NCBI GenBank assembly: GCA_041946735.1
Contig: JBHGAY010000022.1
Coordinates: 29,400 to 93,399 of the forward strand
DNA: 64,000 nucleotides
Reading direction: 5' to 3'
Origin: Candidatus Eiseniibacteriota bacterium
GTDB lineage: Bacteria; Eisenbacteria; RBG-16-71-46; CAIMUX01; VGJL01
Each line of letters opens with the position of its first letter. The first letter of the stretch is position 1. A program made the position numbers and the translations under genes. The notes under the pieces were generated by a model. The model was not told the origin of the DNA. It saw only the letters and a program-made list of their open reading frames with translations, and ran no database searches. This document shows, in pieces, positions 1-9,906 of the stretch.

Positions 1-18
1 TCTTTTTCGCACGAGCGA

Positions 19-58
19 TCATCGCTGCTTTTTTACGGCGACGACTCTAGCACCGCGG
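19..58 (-). promoter_or_regulatory. Copy 1 of a duplicated 40-bp element containing a minus-strand extended -10 box
   Basis: 35/40 identical to 3923-3962. The reverse complement reads TG-C-TAGAGT and points at a gene beyond the window's left edge. Confidence 0.55.
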
Positions 59-161
59 CACCGCCAGGGGAATGGAGAACCGACGAGGCGCCGCTGGGCA
101 CCATGACTGCGTCGTTCTCGACAGGGAGCGGCGCACAGCCATCGTTCCGCGAATTGCGCGA

Positions 162-190
162 TTGAACGGCAAGGGTCGCCAGTATATCCT
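162..190 (+). promoter_or_regulatory. Putative sigma70 promoter TTGAAC-N17-TATCCT for the gene at 259
   Basis: Near-consensus boxes with a 17-nt spacer, lying inside an imperfect inverted repeat (cgattg..cggcaa / ttgccg..caatcg). Confidence 0.5.
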
Positions 191-258
191 TGTTGCCGTC
201 GCAATCGATGCCCGTGATCCGACCGGGCTCTCGCTCGTGCACCAACAAGGAGGCCGCT

Positions 259-1488
259 ATGCGTGTATCCCATGGTCCTTTCCTGCGCCGTGTGCTCCCG
301 CTCGTCCTCGCAGCAAGTCTCGCTGGCTCCGCCGGTGTCGCGCGTGCGACGACCTGGCATGTTCCCGGCGATGCGGAGACGATCCAGGGCGGCATCGATC
401 TCGCCGCGCCTGGCGACGATGTGATCGTCGGGCCGGGCACGTACCTCGAGTCCGGCATCCGGATGAAGTCCGGAGTCCTGCTGCACAGCGAAGCGGGACC
501 CGAGGCGACCATCGTCGACGGCCAGAGGCTGAACGCCATCTTCTACTGCGTCGATTGCGCCGAGCAGGCGGTGATTGACGGCTTCACGATCCGCAATGGC
601 CAAAGCTCCGATGGCTATTGGGGAGGCTTCCTGTGCGAGCGCTCCCTGGTCGCGATCCGGGACTGCATCATTCGCGACAGCTGGCCCGACGCGATCGTGA
701 TTCTTGACACGTCGGACGTGGAGGTCGAGGGGTGCCGGATCGAGGGCTGCCACGCCGCTCTCTTCACGGAGTGGTCGATCGTGCGAGTGACGGACTGTGT
801 CGTTCGCGATAATCGCTACGGTCTGGGCGGCTATGCGTTCGACCTGACAGTCAGCCGATGCGTCATCACCCGCAACGTCCCGGACGACGGCGAGGGGTGG
901 GGGATCGGAGTGGGCCTCTGCCAGCTCCGCGTCGAGGACACCGAGGTGACGGCGAATCGGGGAAGCGGCATCATGCTCTCCGAATCGACGTCGTCCATCA
1001 TCGGCTGCACCATCGCCCACAACTGGGTGGTGAACGGAGAGTTCAGCGGAGGAATCGTACCGGAGTACAGCACCGTCCACCTGGAGCGGACGATCGTGTA
1101 CGGGAACGAAGGGGCCTACAGCGACAACTGCCCCCCGGGATCTGCCTACTGCTCGCTTATACGGAGCCGATGCGACGATCTGGGAGGCAACTTCTGGGAG
1201 GATCCCCTCTTCTGCGATGCGGAGGGCGGCGACTACCGCTTGGATGCCCTCTCGCCATGCCTTCCAGGCAACCATCCGGACGGAGACGATTGCGGCTTGA
1301 TCGGCGCCTACGGAATGGGCTGCAGCACGCACGGAGCGTGTTGCGTGGCGGAAACCTGCATCCTCGGGAACCAGCAAGACTGCGATGGCGAGTATCTCGG
1401 TGATGGGGTTGCCTGCGACCCGAATCCCTGTGTCGCCTCGGCGACCCAGTCGACGACGTGGGGACGGCTACGGAGCATGTTCCGCTAG
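259..1488 (+). CDS. Secreted right-handed parallel beta-helix (pectin-lyase-like) protein with Cys-rich module and C-terminal TWG motif
   Basis: AAGGAGG RBS before ATG 259; signal peptide ending ARA; TIQGGIDLAAPGDDVIVGPGTY start, beta-helix repeats, DPLFC..DYRL..SPC, GACC..C..C module; ends STTWGRLRSMFR. Confidence 0.85.
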   Translation: MRVSHGPFLRRVLPLVLAASLAGSAGVARATTWHVPGDAETIQGGIDLAAPGDDVIVGPGTYLESGIRMKSGVLLHSEAGPEATIVDGQRLNAIFYCVDCAEQAVIDGFTIRNGQSSDGYWGGFLCERSLVAIRDCIIRDSWPDAIVILDTSDVEVEGCRIEGCHAALFTEWSIVRVTDCVVRDNRYGLGGYAFDLTVSRCVITRNVPDDGEGWGIGVGLCQLRVEDTEVTANRGSGIMLSESTSSIIGCTIAHNWVVNGEFSGGIVPEYSTVHLERTIVYGNEGAYSDNCPPGSAYCSLIRSRCDDLGGNFWEDPLFCDAEGGDYRLDALSPCLPGNHPDGDDCGLIGAYGMGCSTHGACCVAETCILGNQQDCDGEYLGDGVACDPNPCVASATQSTTWGRLRSMFR

Positions 1489-1502
1489 GTCAGGTGCCTG
1501 CG

Positions 1503-1573
1503 CGGTGAGTGCGGGAGGGCGGTATCCACGACCTCCGCCGCGGTCGTGCCGCCCTCCCGCCGCACCCTCACCG
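1503..1573. terminator. Long GC-rich hairpin between convergent genes
   Basis: Nested inverted repeats cggtgag/ctcaccg, gcgggagggcgg/ccgccctcccgc and cacgacc/ggtcgtg; no U-tract. Confidence 0.5.
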
Positions 1574-3775
1574 AGTCATCACGATCCGCTGGCTGGCCGC
1601 CGCGCCGTCCGTCGTGACGCGAGCGAGATAGATCCCGGGCGCCACTTCCCGGCCCTCACTGTCTCGGCCGTCCCAGGGGACGTAATGGGTACCCGGACCC
1701 ATCGCGCCGCTCGCGAGGCTTCGAACCAGCCTTCCGCTGATGTCCACGATCGTCGCCCGCACTGAGCAGCCCGCGGCGGGAAGCTCGAGGCGCAACACAG
1801 CCGATCCCCGGGCCGGGTTGGGAAGGACGCCGAGTTTCAGCCCGGCGTCCGCGCCGCCGGCGAGATCCGCGACGCCGCTCGGCGCAACCGGGCAGATGTT
1901 CTCGAGGATCACCAGACCACTCGGTCCCGCCAGGTACAGATCGGAGTTGCGGATCAGAATCGTGCTCACATCCGGGACGTGCATCGTCGCGACGATCCGC
2001 GGGTCGGTCGGCTCGGAAATGTCCACCTGGTACACGAGATCGGCGTCCGCGCAGAATGCGTACGAGGCGTTTGCGCCGTCGACTGCGACAACTGCGAGTG
2101 ACGTTCCGGTGTCCGACGTGCCTACGAGTGCCGGGATTGCGGGATTCGAAACGTCGATCACCGCGAGGCCGCCGCTGCCGTCCGCGAGGTAGGCGTAGGA
2201 GCCGGATACCGCGACGCGCTTGGCGTCCGTCGTGTCGAGCTGGCCCACGATCGCCGGATTCCGAGGATCCCGGATGTCGACGACATAGAGGCCCCATGTG
2301 GTGGCAGGGAGATACGCGTAGCCTTCCGATAGCGCCAGCGAGTAGACGTTGTGGCCCTGGATCGAGAGGGAGGCGACGATGGCGGGCCACGCGGGATCCG
2401 ACACGTCGATCACCTGGAGACCCCGGCCGCCGTCTGCGACATAGGCATAGGAACCGGAGATGGCGACCCCGCGAGCGTGCCCCGGCGTGTCCGCGATCCC
2501 GACGACCTGCGGATCCCTCTCATCCGAGATGTCGAACGTCACGAGGCCAAAGTCGTCGTCGGCGAGGAATGCGTAAATGCCTCGGACCGCGACGTCCCGG
2601 GCGGAACCGATAATCGTGCCGCTTCCTAGGAACTGCGGCTTCACGGGATCCCAGAAGTCGTACAGCGCGATGCCGCCGGGCACCACGAGGCAGCCCAGGA
2701 AGTTGTCGATGACCAGGTCGCCGATGGTTCTGTCCAGCGGCCGTTCGGCAGTGTCGAGCTGACTCACGTCGACCACGACGAGGCCGAACTCCTCGTCGGC
2801 CACGTATGCGTAGTCCCCCGAGAGCGCGAATCCGGTCACGCCAGAGTGATAGTCGGCGAAGGACACCGCGCCGACGACCCGCGGAGCGAGGGGATCGCTG
2901 AAGTCCGCGGCGACCACACCGCCCAACGTCGTCATCAAGGCGTGCGTTCCCTTCACGGCGAGGGTCCATCCGCTCGTGTAGGTGTCGCTGAGACGCAGGA
3001 GCTGCCCGGGGTCCGAGATGTCGATCACCTCGAGACCCATCCCGCAGCCCGCGTAGGCATAGGTGCCCTCGGTCACGACGTCGAAGTACTGGTAGTAGTC
3101 GGTCCCGAGGGAGTCGAGGACTCGCGGATGCAGCGGATCGCGGACGTCGACCGAAGTGAACACGCCCTCGCCGGCGACATACGCGATGGTGCCGGCGACC
3201 GTCACTCCGAAGTCATATTGAGAGGTCTTGATGCTCGAGACGATCTGCGGATGGGCAGGATCGTCGACGTCGATGAAGATCAAGCCCGCAAAGCCCCCCG
3301 CGACGCAGGCCAGGAATCCCGGATGCGACGAGTCTTGACAGATCGCGATCCCGTTGCCCTGCTTCGGCAGCTGGACGCTCCCTTGGAGGCGGGGGTTCCT
3401 GGGATCTTTGAGATCGATGACGCGGAATACCGCGGAGTCGCTGGCGCCGGTGACGTAGGCATGCCTGCCGGAGATCGTGATGCAGCCGGCGGGCGGCATG
3501 TCGAGATGGCCGACCGGGGTCGGCTTCTCGGGGCTCGAGATGTCGAGCACGTCGAGCCCCCCGGGATCGCGTGTGACGACGTACGCATAGTGGCTCGAGA
3601 TGGCGACGTCCTGCGGCCGACCCGGGATGGCAGTAGTCGCGACGACGTGGAGGTAGTCGCCGTACTCGACGCAGGGGGCGGACGAGGACGAAGGCGCCTG
3701 TAGCAGCGCCGCGATCAGTCCGAGGGTCAGCGCTAGGGTCAGCCGCAGGGTCAGGCGAGGGATGCGCGCATTCAT
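1568..3775 (-). CDS. Secreted LVIVD-repeat beta-propeller protein with C-terminal FlgD-Ig/T9SS-like sorting domain
   Basis: AAAGGAG RBS; signal peptide; many 'VAISGSYAYVADG..GLQVIDVSDP' repeats; tail PNP...DISGRLVR...WDGRD..G..V..GIYL. Confidence 0.9.
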   Translation of the reverse strand: MNARIPRLTLRLTLALTLGLIAALLQAPSSSSAPCVEYGDYLHVVATTAIPGRPQDVAISSHYAYVVTRDPGGLDVLDISSPEKPTPVGHLDMPPAGCITISGRHAYVTGASDSAVFRVIDLKDPRNPRLQGSVQLPKQGNGIAICQDSSHPGFLACVAGGFAGLIFIDVDDPAHPQIVSSIKTSQYDFGVTVAGTIAYVAGEGVFTSVDVRDPLHPRVLDSLGTDYYQYFDVVTEGTYAYAGCGMGLEVIDISDPGQLLRLSDTYTSGWTLAVKGTHALMTTLGGVVAADFSDPLAPRVVGAVSFADYHSGVTGFALSGDYAYVADEEFGLVVVDVSQLDTAERPLDRTIGDLVIDNFLGCLVVPGGIALYDFWDPVKPQFLGSGTIIGSARDVAVRGIYAFLADDDFGLVTFDISDERDPQVVGIADTPGHARGVAISGSYAYVADGGRGLQVIDVSDPAWPAIVASLSIQGHNVYSLALSEGYAYLPATTWGLYVVDIRDPRNPAIVGQLDTTDAKRVAVSGSYAYLADGSGGLAVIDVSNPAIPALVGTSDTGTSLAVVAVDGANASYAFCADADLVYQVDISEPTDPRIVATMHVPDVSTILIRNSDLYLAGPSGLVILENICPVAPSGVADLAGGADAGLKLGVLPNPARGSAVLRLELPAAGCSVRATIVDISGRLVRSLASGAMGPGTHYVPWDGRDSEGREVAPGIYLARVTTDGAAASQRIVMTR

Positions 3776-3922
3776 GGTCGGGCACTCCTTTCGAGCCGCG
3801 CGAAGCTCACGGTAGCGGGAACGACAAACGCCGGCACGAGGAGCAGGCCGCGGCGAAGGGGGAGTGTCAGGGGTCGAAGGAACGCAACGGCACAGCGCGC
3901 GAGGGCGCGGCCGCCTCTTCGC

Positions 3923-3962
3923 TCATCGCTGCTCTTTCACCGCGACGATACTAGCACCGCGG
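3923..3962 (-). promoter_or_regulatory. Copy 2 of the duplicated 40-bp element; likely promoter of the LVIVD gene
   Basis: Reverse complement reads TTGCTC-N16-TAGTAT with an extended TG (the -35 box lies just outside the 40-bp copy); upstream of ATG 3775. Confidence 0.55.
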
Positions 3963-4163
3963 GGGCATCGAGCAAACGAACGACTGTGAGGGCGGGGGGC
4001 GGCTGTCCGCATCGGCAGGATTGTCGTGATTCCGCTAGGCGGATCGCCGGGAGGCGGATAGGATCCCCGGTTCCGAAAGAGCCCCGCGAGGGGCGAGAGC
4101 TCGCTGACGTCGTAGGCCGCGCACCCGTGGCAACCAACACGACCGCGAAGAAAGGTCCTCACG

Positions 4164-5390
4164 ATGTTCCCAGAGCCTTCCAATCGAGATCGGTCTATGG
4201 CCCGCGCTCTCCGGCGCCTCACAGGTGTTCTCGGGTTCGCGCTCGCGTGCGTCCTGTCGCTCGTCGGCGCGGCCTTCGCGCCCGCCCCCGCGATTGCCTC
4301 CCTCCCGCCGTACGCAGAGCAATGGTTCACGCCGGGTCAGCCGGAGGACGTCGACGTCGACGTCTACGGCCGCGTCTGGGTTGCGTGCTCGGACGATTCG
4401 GTCCGTGTCTACTCGTCGCGCGGCGGCCAGCTCCTGTTCTCCTTCGGCGGCAGCGGCGAGGGGGACGGCCAGTTCCACGATCCCTTCGGGATCCAGTTCG
4501 CCCCGGACGGGACGGTGTACATCTGCGACTACGCCGGGACGCGCGTCGAGCGATTCACGAGCGAAGGAGACTTTCTTCTCTCGTGGCCGATCCCGAGCGA
4601 CCGCGCCGACCACGTCGCGATCGACGACCTGGGCGATGTCTACGTGACCGGCTTCTCGAACGGCTTCATCCATAAGTACGACGCCGTCGGGAACCCGGTC
4701 GTGGAGTGGCCGAGCGTGAGCGGCGGCCGTCCCTCGGGTGTCCTGGTGATGGGAGGGATCCTCTACGTCGTCCCGTGGGATGTCTACGAGATCGAGCAAT
4801 ACGCGCTCGACGGGACCTATCTCGGCTCCTTCCCGATCGAGACCGCATTCGGCGTCGATCTCGAGCAGGACGCGCTCGGTCAGCTCTGGCTCGCCGACTG
4901 GATCAACGGCGTGCTCCGCGTCTACACGGCGGATGGCCAGCCGGTCGAGGTCCTGGGAGAGTTCGGCAGCGACCCGGGCCAGTTCAACGGCCCGGCCGGG
5001 ATCGCGTTCGGGACGGAGGGCTCGGTCTACGTCGCGGACCAGTTGAACGGCCGCATCCAGCGCTTCGGAGACGTCTCGGCCGACGTGCCCGCTTCGGGTG
5101 GCCGGATCCTCGCCTCGCTCGCGCTCCGCGCAATCACGCCGAACCCGAGCCGCGGCGAGGTCGCTCTCGTCTATTCCGTCCCGCGCTCCGAACGGGTCGT
5201 CGTGACCGTGGCCGACTTGTCGGGACGTCGGGTCGCCACGCTCGCCGATGCACCGGTGAGCGCCGGGCAGCACCAGCTCTCCTGGGTCCCGCGCGGAGAA
5301 GACGGGCGCCGGCTTCCCACGGGCACCTACTTCGTCCGGGTGCAGGGGGAGAGCGGGGCGAGCGTGGGACGGCTGATTCTCCTGCAGTGA
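4164..5390 (+). CDS. Secreted NHL-repeat beta-propeller protein with FlgD/T9SS-like C-terminal domain
   Basis: Signal peptide; FGGSGEGDGQFHDPFGI and GQFNGPAGIA..VYVAD NHL motifs; PNP..SGRRV..GTYFVR tail. Confidence 0.88.
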   Translation: MFPEPSNRDRSMARALRRLTGVLGFALACVLSLVGAAFAPAPAIASLPPYAEQWFTPGQPEDVDVDVYGRVWVACSDDSVRVYSSRGGQLLFSFGGSGEGDGQFHDPFGIQFAPDGTVYICDYAGTRVERFTSEGDFLLSWPIPSDRADHVAIDDLGDVYVTGFSNGFIHKYDAVGNPVVEWPSVSGGRPSGVLVMGGILYVVPWDVYEIEQYALDGTYLGSFPIETAFGVDLEQDALGQLWLADWINGVLRVYTADGQPVEVLGEFGSDPGQFNGPAGIAFGTEGSVYVADQLNGRIQRFGDVSADVPASGGRILASLALRAITPNPSRGEVALVYSVPRSERVVVTVADLSGRRVATLADAPVSAGQHQLSWVPRGEDGRRLPTGTYFVRVQGESGASVGRLILLQ

Positions 5391-5537
5391 TAGGAGCGAC
5401 CCTGAACCAGGCTTGGGTCGTTGACGGTGACCGTCCTCTCGGTGCAGGGGCGGGTCGCCGATCGGCCGGAGCCTCGATCCGCCAGTGGTTCGTCACCCGT
5501 TGGGGCCCTGCCGCTCCCCTGCAGGAGGGTTATCGCC

Positions 5538-8500
5538 ATGTCCACGAGATCCAGCGCGCGTCCAGTGAACGTTCCTGCCGCGACCGGCACGATTCGACCT
5601 CTCCGCGCACCGGCCGCCCTCCTGAGTATGTTGGGCATCCTGCTCATCGTGCCTATCGTTCAGCCGGCCCGCTCCGAGGCCGACCCCGCCCGCAACTCGG
5701 AGTCACCGCTGCCGCCGAGCCTTCTGCAGGCGGGAGGCGACGCGACCTGGTGGCATACGATCATCACGGATCTCGCGCGCCGGGAATACGACGTTACGGC
5801 GACTTCCACGGGAGACCTGCAGGCGCCCAACCGGAGCCAGAACCTGCGCGCGACATTTCGGCCGACAGGGATCGCGGTCGTGCCGCGCGCGGACGAGAAC
5901 GCTGCGCCCGCTTGGCGGTTCGCTTGGGAGACGCGCGGCATCGGGCGCGAAGGTGAGATCGAGACGACCGGTCCTGTCACCCCCGAGGCCGTCGGTGCGC
6001 GCGTGACATACACCCACGGCGGGTGGAGCGAGTGGTATGAAAACACGGCGAATGGACTCGAGCAGGGGTTCACCGTGGCGCAACGGCCGCCGGGCGATCG
6101 TCCGCTTCGGATCGAGGGAAAGGTCTCGGGCGGCGGCACGCTCGAAGCGCAGCAGAACGAGAACGGCGCGATCGACTTCCTCGATGCTCACGGCGCGTGC
6201 GTGATCCGCTACGGAGAACTGCACGCGCGGGACGCCCGAGGAAGCGAGCTGCCGTCGAAGCTGATCGCTTCGGGAGAACAGCTCGCAATCGAGGTGGACG
6301 ATTCCCGTGCCGTCTATCCCCTCGCCGTCGATCCGTTGCTCTCATCTCCTGCCTGGACCGCCGAGAGCAATCAGGCGAGCTCCAACTTCGGCGTGTCGGT
6401 GGCGACGGCCGGCGACGTGAACGGCGACGGCTACTCCGATGTCATCGTCGGCGCCTCCAACTATGACAATGGCCAGACCAATGAGGGAGAGGTATTCGTC
6501 TACCAGGGCTCGCCCGCCGGCCCGAGCAGCGTTCCCTCCTGGACCGCGGAGAGCGATCAGGCGGGGGCTCTGTTCGGCTCTTCGGTGGCATGCGCGGGTG
6601 ATGTCGACGGCGACGGCTACTCGGACATCATCGTCGGCGCCTATGACTACGATAACGGGCAGGACAACGAGGGACGGGCCTTCGTTTTTCTCGGCTCGGC
6701 CTCGGGACTCGGCGCGTCCGCCGCCTGGACCGCCGAGAGCGATCAAGCGGGCGCTCTCTTCGGCTATTCGGTGGCCTCCGCGGGTGATGTGAATGGCGAC
6801 GGATTCTCCGACGTCGTCATCGGGGCCTACAGCTATGACAACGGCCAGTCCAATGAGGGGCGCGCGTATCTGTACAACGGCTCGAACGCGGGGCTGCAAG
6901 CCTCACCCGCCTGGACGGCAGAGAGCGATCAGGCGAATGCCAACTTCGGCTTCTCCGTGGCCACTGCCGGGGACATCAACGGGGACGGCGACTCGGATGT
7001 CATCGTGGGCTCCATCACGTTCAGCAACGACCAGTCGGGCGAGGGCAGGGCCTTCGTGTATCACGGCTCTCCTGGTGGATTGAGCGCGGCCGCCGCCTGG
7101 ACAGCGGAGAGCGACCAGGCCCAGGCGTTCTTCGGGTGGTCCGTATCGACGGCCGGGGATGTGAACGGCGACGGATACTCCGACGTGATCGTGGGCGCAG
7201 TCAGCTTCGACGACGGGCAGGAGAACGAAGGACGAGCCTATGTCTACGAGGGCTCTGCAGCCGGTCTCGGCACGGTCGACTGGATCGCGGAGAGCGACCA
7301 GGCCTTCGCCGAGTTCGGCTGCTCCGTGGCCACGGCGGGGGACGTGAACGGTGACGGATACGCGGACGTCCTGGTCGGCGCCGACTCGTACGACAACGGG
7401 CAGACCAACGAGGGGCGGGTCTTTGTCTATCAGGGTTCCGCAGCGGGCTTGCCCAACTCACCGACCTGGACGGCAGAGTCCGACCAGGGGGGAGGTCTTT
7501 TCGGAACTTCCGTGGCATCCGCGGGGGACGTGAATGGTGACGGATACTCCGATGTCATCATCGGCGCGACGGGATTTGACAACGGGCAGACCGATGAGGG
7601 CCGCGCCTTCGTGTACCTGGGCGCGCCGAGCGGGCTTTCTCTCACCTCCGGATGGTTCGCCGACGGCGGCCAGGACGATGACCGATTCGGCTATATGATC
7701 GCGGCAGCGGGCGATGTGAATGGCGACGGCTACGGTGACGTGATTGTGGGGGCCCCGTTGTTCGACCATGGCCAAACCGGTGAGGGGATGGCGCTCGTCT
7801 TCCATGGCTCGCCCGACGGGCTATCGTCCTTCCCCGCATGGACGGTGGAGGGAAACCAGGAGGACTGCACCCTCGGCATCGCGGTGGGGACGGCCGGCGA
7901 CGTCAACGGCGACGGCTTCGCGGACGTCATCGTGGGCGCCGACGGCTATGACCATGGCCAGTCCCGCGAAGGCGGCGCCTTCGTCTATCTCGGTTCCGCG
8001 GCCGGGCTGTCGACCACGCCGGCGTGGACGTTCGAGAGCGACCAGGTGGACGCGCTCATGGGGACGGCGGCCGGATGCGCCGGCGATGTGAACGGCGACG
8101 GCTACTCGGACGTTCTCGTCGGTTCGGAGATCTACGACAACGGCGAGCAGGATGAGGGACGGGCCTACCTCTTCGAGGGATCGAGCACGGGCCTCTCCGC
8201 GGCCCCGGCCTGGATCGCGGAGGGTGACCAGGCGGGAGCCCGATTCGGTTCCGCCACGCGGACGGCGGGGGATGTGAATGGCGACGGTTTCTCGGATGTG
8301 ATCATCGGGGCGCCGTACTACGACAACGGCCAGACGGACGAGGGACGCGTCTACGTATACGAGGGTTCCAGCACGGGCCTGTCCGCGACCCCCGCCTGGA
8401 TGGTGGAAGGCGACCAAAGCGAGGCCACGTTTGGAGCCTCGCTCGGCACGGCAGGCGACGTGAACGGCGACGGCTACTCCGATGTCATCGTGGGCGCCGT

Positions 8501-9656
8501 GCAATACGACAACGGGCAGTCGCAGGAAGGCGCGGCCTGGATCTACATGGGCTCGGCCGGAGGCCTCGCGACCTCGCCGGCCTGGGTGCAAGAGGGGAAT
8601 CAGGCCGGCGCCTTCTTCGGCTGCTCGGTCGGGACCGCCGGGGACGTGAATGGCGACGGCTACTCCGACATCATCGTCGGAGCCATGCTGTACGACAACG
8701 GACAGAGCGAGGAGGGCCGGGCGTTCGTGTACCACGGCTCGGCCAGCGGTGTCGCGACGGCGGCCGCCTGGGCAGCGGAGGGGGATCAGACGAACGCGTT
8801 CTTCGGTTACTCGGTCGCTGCCGCCGGCGACGTGAACGGCGACGGCTTCTCCGATGTGATCGTCAGCGCGATCTACTACAACAACGGACAGGCCGCCGGT
8901 GGGCGGACCTTCGCCTACTACGGCAATGGAGGCGATGGGCTCGATCGCCTCCCGCTCCAGGCGACGACGGACGACTCGAAGCTCATCGCGCTCCTCGGCG
9001 CTTCCGATTCGGATACGGCGTTCCGTCTCCGGGCGCTCGGTCGCACGTGCACGGGGCGCGGCCACGTGCGGCTGCAATACGAGGTGAAGCCGGCCGGGAT
9101 GCCGCTGGATGGAACTGCGCTCGGAGACGGCCCGCTGGTTGACACCGGCGCTCCCGGCCCGGCTGGCAGCGTCGTTGGTTTGAGTGAGCTCGCGAGCGGG
9201 CTCACCTCCGCGACCCTCTACCACTGGCGCCTGCGGACCGTCAGCGACTCGCCGTTCGCTCCGCTCTCGCCGTGGTTCGGGATGACCGGCAACGCGCTGA
9301 GCGAGGCCGACCTCCGAACCCAGGAGCCGCTGACCGGCGTCGACGAAGACGGGGCCGCCGCTCCGCAGCGAGCTGGTGATCGGCTCGGCGCTCCCGTTCC
9401 GAACCCGCTCGTCTCGTTGACGCGGTTCGCGTACACGCTGTCGGAAGGCGGTCGGAGCCGACTGGCGGTCTACGACATCGCTGGCCGGGAGGTCGCGGTT
9501 CTGAGGAACGGAGTCCTCGCGGCAGGACGGTACGAGGAGTCGTGGGACGGACGCGATGAGCGAGGCAAGGAGGTGCGGAGCGGTGTCTACTTCCTCCGCC
9601 TCGATCGTGGCGGTCGTGGGCAGGTCGACGTCCGGAAGCTCATCAAGGTGCGATAA
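5538..9656 (+). CDS. Large secreted FG-GAP/integrin-alpha repeat protein with FlgD/T9SS-like C-terminal domain
   Basis: AGGAGG RBS before ATG 5538; 14 GD(V/I)(N/D)GDG repeats of about 61 aa; tail PNP..YDIAGREV..WDGRD..SGVYFLR. Confidence 0.9.
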   Translation: MSTRSSARPVNVPAATGTIRPLRAPAALLSMLGILLIVPIVQPARSEADPARNSESPLPPSLLQAGGDATWWHTIITDLARREYDVTATSTGDLQAPNRSQNLRATFRPTGIAVVPRADENAAPAWRFAWETRGIGREGEIETTGPVTPEAVGARVTYTHGGWSEWYENTANGLEQGFTVAQRPPGDRPLRIEGKVSGGGTLEAQQNENGAIDFLDAHGACVIRYGELHARDARGSELPSKLIASGEQLAIEVDDSRAVYPLAVDPLLSSPAWTAESNQASSNFGVSVATAGDVNGDGYSDVIVGASNYDNGQTNEGEVFVYQGSPAGPSSVPSWTAESDQAGALFGSSVACAGDVDGDGYSDIIVGAYDYDNGQDNEGRAFVFLGSASGLGASAAWTAESDQAGALFGYSVASAGDVNGDGFSDVVIGAYSYDNGQSNEGRAYLYNGSNAGLQASPAWTAESDQANANFGFSVATAGDINGDGDSDVIVGSITFSNDQSGEGRAFVYHGSPGGLSAAAAWTAESDQAQAFFGWSVSTAGDVNGDGYSDVIVGAVSFDDGQENEGRAYVYEGSAAGLGTVDWIAESDQAFAEFGCSVATAGDVNGDGYADVLVGADSYDNGQTNEGRVFVYQGSAAGLPNSPTWTAESDQGGGLFGTSVASAGDVNGDGYSDVIIGATGFDNGQTDEGRAFVYLGAPSGLSLTSGWFADGGQDDDRFGYMIAAAGDVNGDGYGDVIVGAPLFDHGQTGEGMALVFHGSPDGLSSFPAWTVEGNQEDCTLGIAVGTAGDVNGDGFADVIVGADGYDHGQSREGGAFVYLGSAAGLSTTPAWTFESDQVDALMGTAAGCAGDVNGDGYSDVLVGSEIYDNGEQDEGRAYLFEGSSTGLSAAPAWIAEGDQAGARFGSATRTAGDVNGDGFSDVIIGAPYYDNGQTDEGRVYVYEGSSTGLSATPAWMVEGDQSEATFGASLGTAGDVNGDGYSDVIVGAVQYDNGQSQEGAAWIYMGSAGGLATSPAWVQEGNQAGAFFGCSVGTAGDVNGDGYSDIIVGAMLYDNGQSEEGRAFVYHGSASGVATAAAWAAEGDQTNAFFGYSVAAAGDVNGDGFSDVIVSAIYYNNGQAAGGRTFAYYGNGGDGLDRLPLQATTDDSKLIALLGASDSDTAFRLRALGRTCTGRGHVRLQYEVKPAGMPLDGTALGDGPLVDTGAPGPAGSVVGLSELASGLTSATLYHWRLRTVSDSPFAPLSPWFGMTGNALSEADLRTQEPLTGVDEDGAAAPQRAGDRLGAPVPNPLVSLTRFAYTLSEGGRSRLAVYDIAGREVAVLRNGVLAAGRYEESWDGRDERGKEVRSGVYFLRLDRGGRGQVDVRKLIKVR

Positions 9657-9906
9657 TGTCTTCACCTTCTGACTTCAGCCTTCCAGTGACGGGAGGGCGG
9701 AGGAGGCATGGGCCTCTCTCGCTCTCCCGTTCTTCTTTGCTTCTTGTTCGGGATTGCTCGCACTACGGGGGAGAGAATGGGCAGGCCTGAGGGCCGGGCC
9801 GGACGGAGCGGGACCCACCATGCGGCCATGGTGCTGTCAACAGGACGGGGGCCTTGTTGGGCCGGTCCCTTCACCCGGGCGCCGGAAACCGGGCGAACGC
9901 AGCGGC

